Shown piece after piece: positions 54,534-54,878 of a stretch of DNA of 54,878 nucleotides. Location: positions 1-54,878 of the forward strand of contig CAZYWA010000003.1 in the NCBI GenBank assembly GCA_964650975.1, given 5' to 3'. This DNA is from an uncultured bacterium. Lineage in GTDB: Bacteria > JADJOY01. How positions within the stretch are numbered: the stretch's first letter is position 1; each line of letters begins with the position of its first letter. A model generated the notes under the pieces. It was not told where the DNA came from, ran no database searches, and saw nothing but the letters and a program-made list of their open reading frames with translations. The translations under genes were made by a program, and so were the position numbers.

Positions 54534-54539
54534 GAGGCG

Positions 54540-54878
54540 TTACCCCGGGGTGAGCTGACCCGACGCCACCTCGCGCGCGATCGCGGGCGTCAGCTTCACG
54601 TAACGCCCCTTGCGCAGCACGTAGAGCGGGTCGCTGACGCGCGCGAGGTCGTAGCCGTCCTTCCGGTATTCGCCCTTCTTGGGCTTGAAGGTCGAGGTGA
54701 GCTGCATGTCGCCGCGCAGCACGCGCACGAAGAGCGGCCGCTGCGCCACCGCCAGGTGGCTCTTCGCGTAGCGCGCGAACGCTTCCGGCTTGAAGACACC
54801 CTTCACGCGCAGCGCGGCCATCCCGGCACGGCCGTCGGCGTGCGGCACCGTGACGCCGAATACGTTCGCGTCGAGGAC
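54540..54878 (-). CDS. long-chain acyl-CoA synthetase (FATP/FadD-like), C-terminal fragment (5' part beyond the right edge)
   Basis: ..VFGVTVPHADGRAGMAALRVKGVFKPEAFARYAKSHLAVAQRPLFVRVL..TSTFKPKK is the AMP-binding_C end typical of FATP-type ligases. The frame stays open to the window end. Confidence 0.7.
   Translation of the reverse strand, partial: VLDANVFGVTVPHADGRAGMAALRVKGVFKPEAFARYAKSHLAVAQRPLFVRVLRGDMQLTSTFKPKKGEYRKDGYDLARVSDPLYVLRKGRYVKLTPAIAREVASGQLTPG

Overview
High-GC (roughly 70%) bacterial chromosomal segment with about 45 tightly packed protein-coding genes. I could not recognise any rRNA, tRNA, CRISPR array, transposase or integrase. Many listed ORFs are off-frame or antisense artefacts of the GC content (Arg/Pro/Gly/Ala-rich translations); I called genes only where the translation shows recognisable family motifs. 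The dominant feature is a ~20 kb beta-glucan locus (16.2-36.9 kb). It contains a 15.6 kb minus-strand operon in which opgG-opgH (periplasmic beta-1,2-glucan synthesis) is chained, mostly by 4-nt stop/start overlaps, to a sugar ABC importer (binding protein plus two permeases), a 1063-aa secreted discoidin/six-hairpin glycosidase-like protein, a 1220-aa GH94-type phosphorylase and a GGDEF diguanylate cyclase. It is flanked by a divergent GH1 beta-glucosidase and a convergent HEAT / GH144-like lipoprotein / MalK-like ATPase operon. Other modules: DUF1800-DUF1501 pair; D-aminoacylase-SDR-P450-amidohydrolase cluster; ECF sigma/ZAS anti-sigma pair placed back-to-back with a TAT metallophosphoesterase and a stand-alone CuA-type cupredoxin, sharing an identical divergent promoter motif; a GGDEF-EAL sensor; and a lipid-metabolism cluster at the right end. 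Non-coding signals: seven GC-stem hairpins with an invariant GTCCCT loop and covarying stems, confined to 45.9-54.5 kb (one inside a CDS); a low-GC intergenic region with tandem GGAAAT-N6-ATTTC palindromes; and a (Lys-Asp/Glu)10 tract inserted into OpgG. All family assignments come from reading motifs by eye, with no database search.
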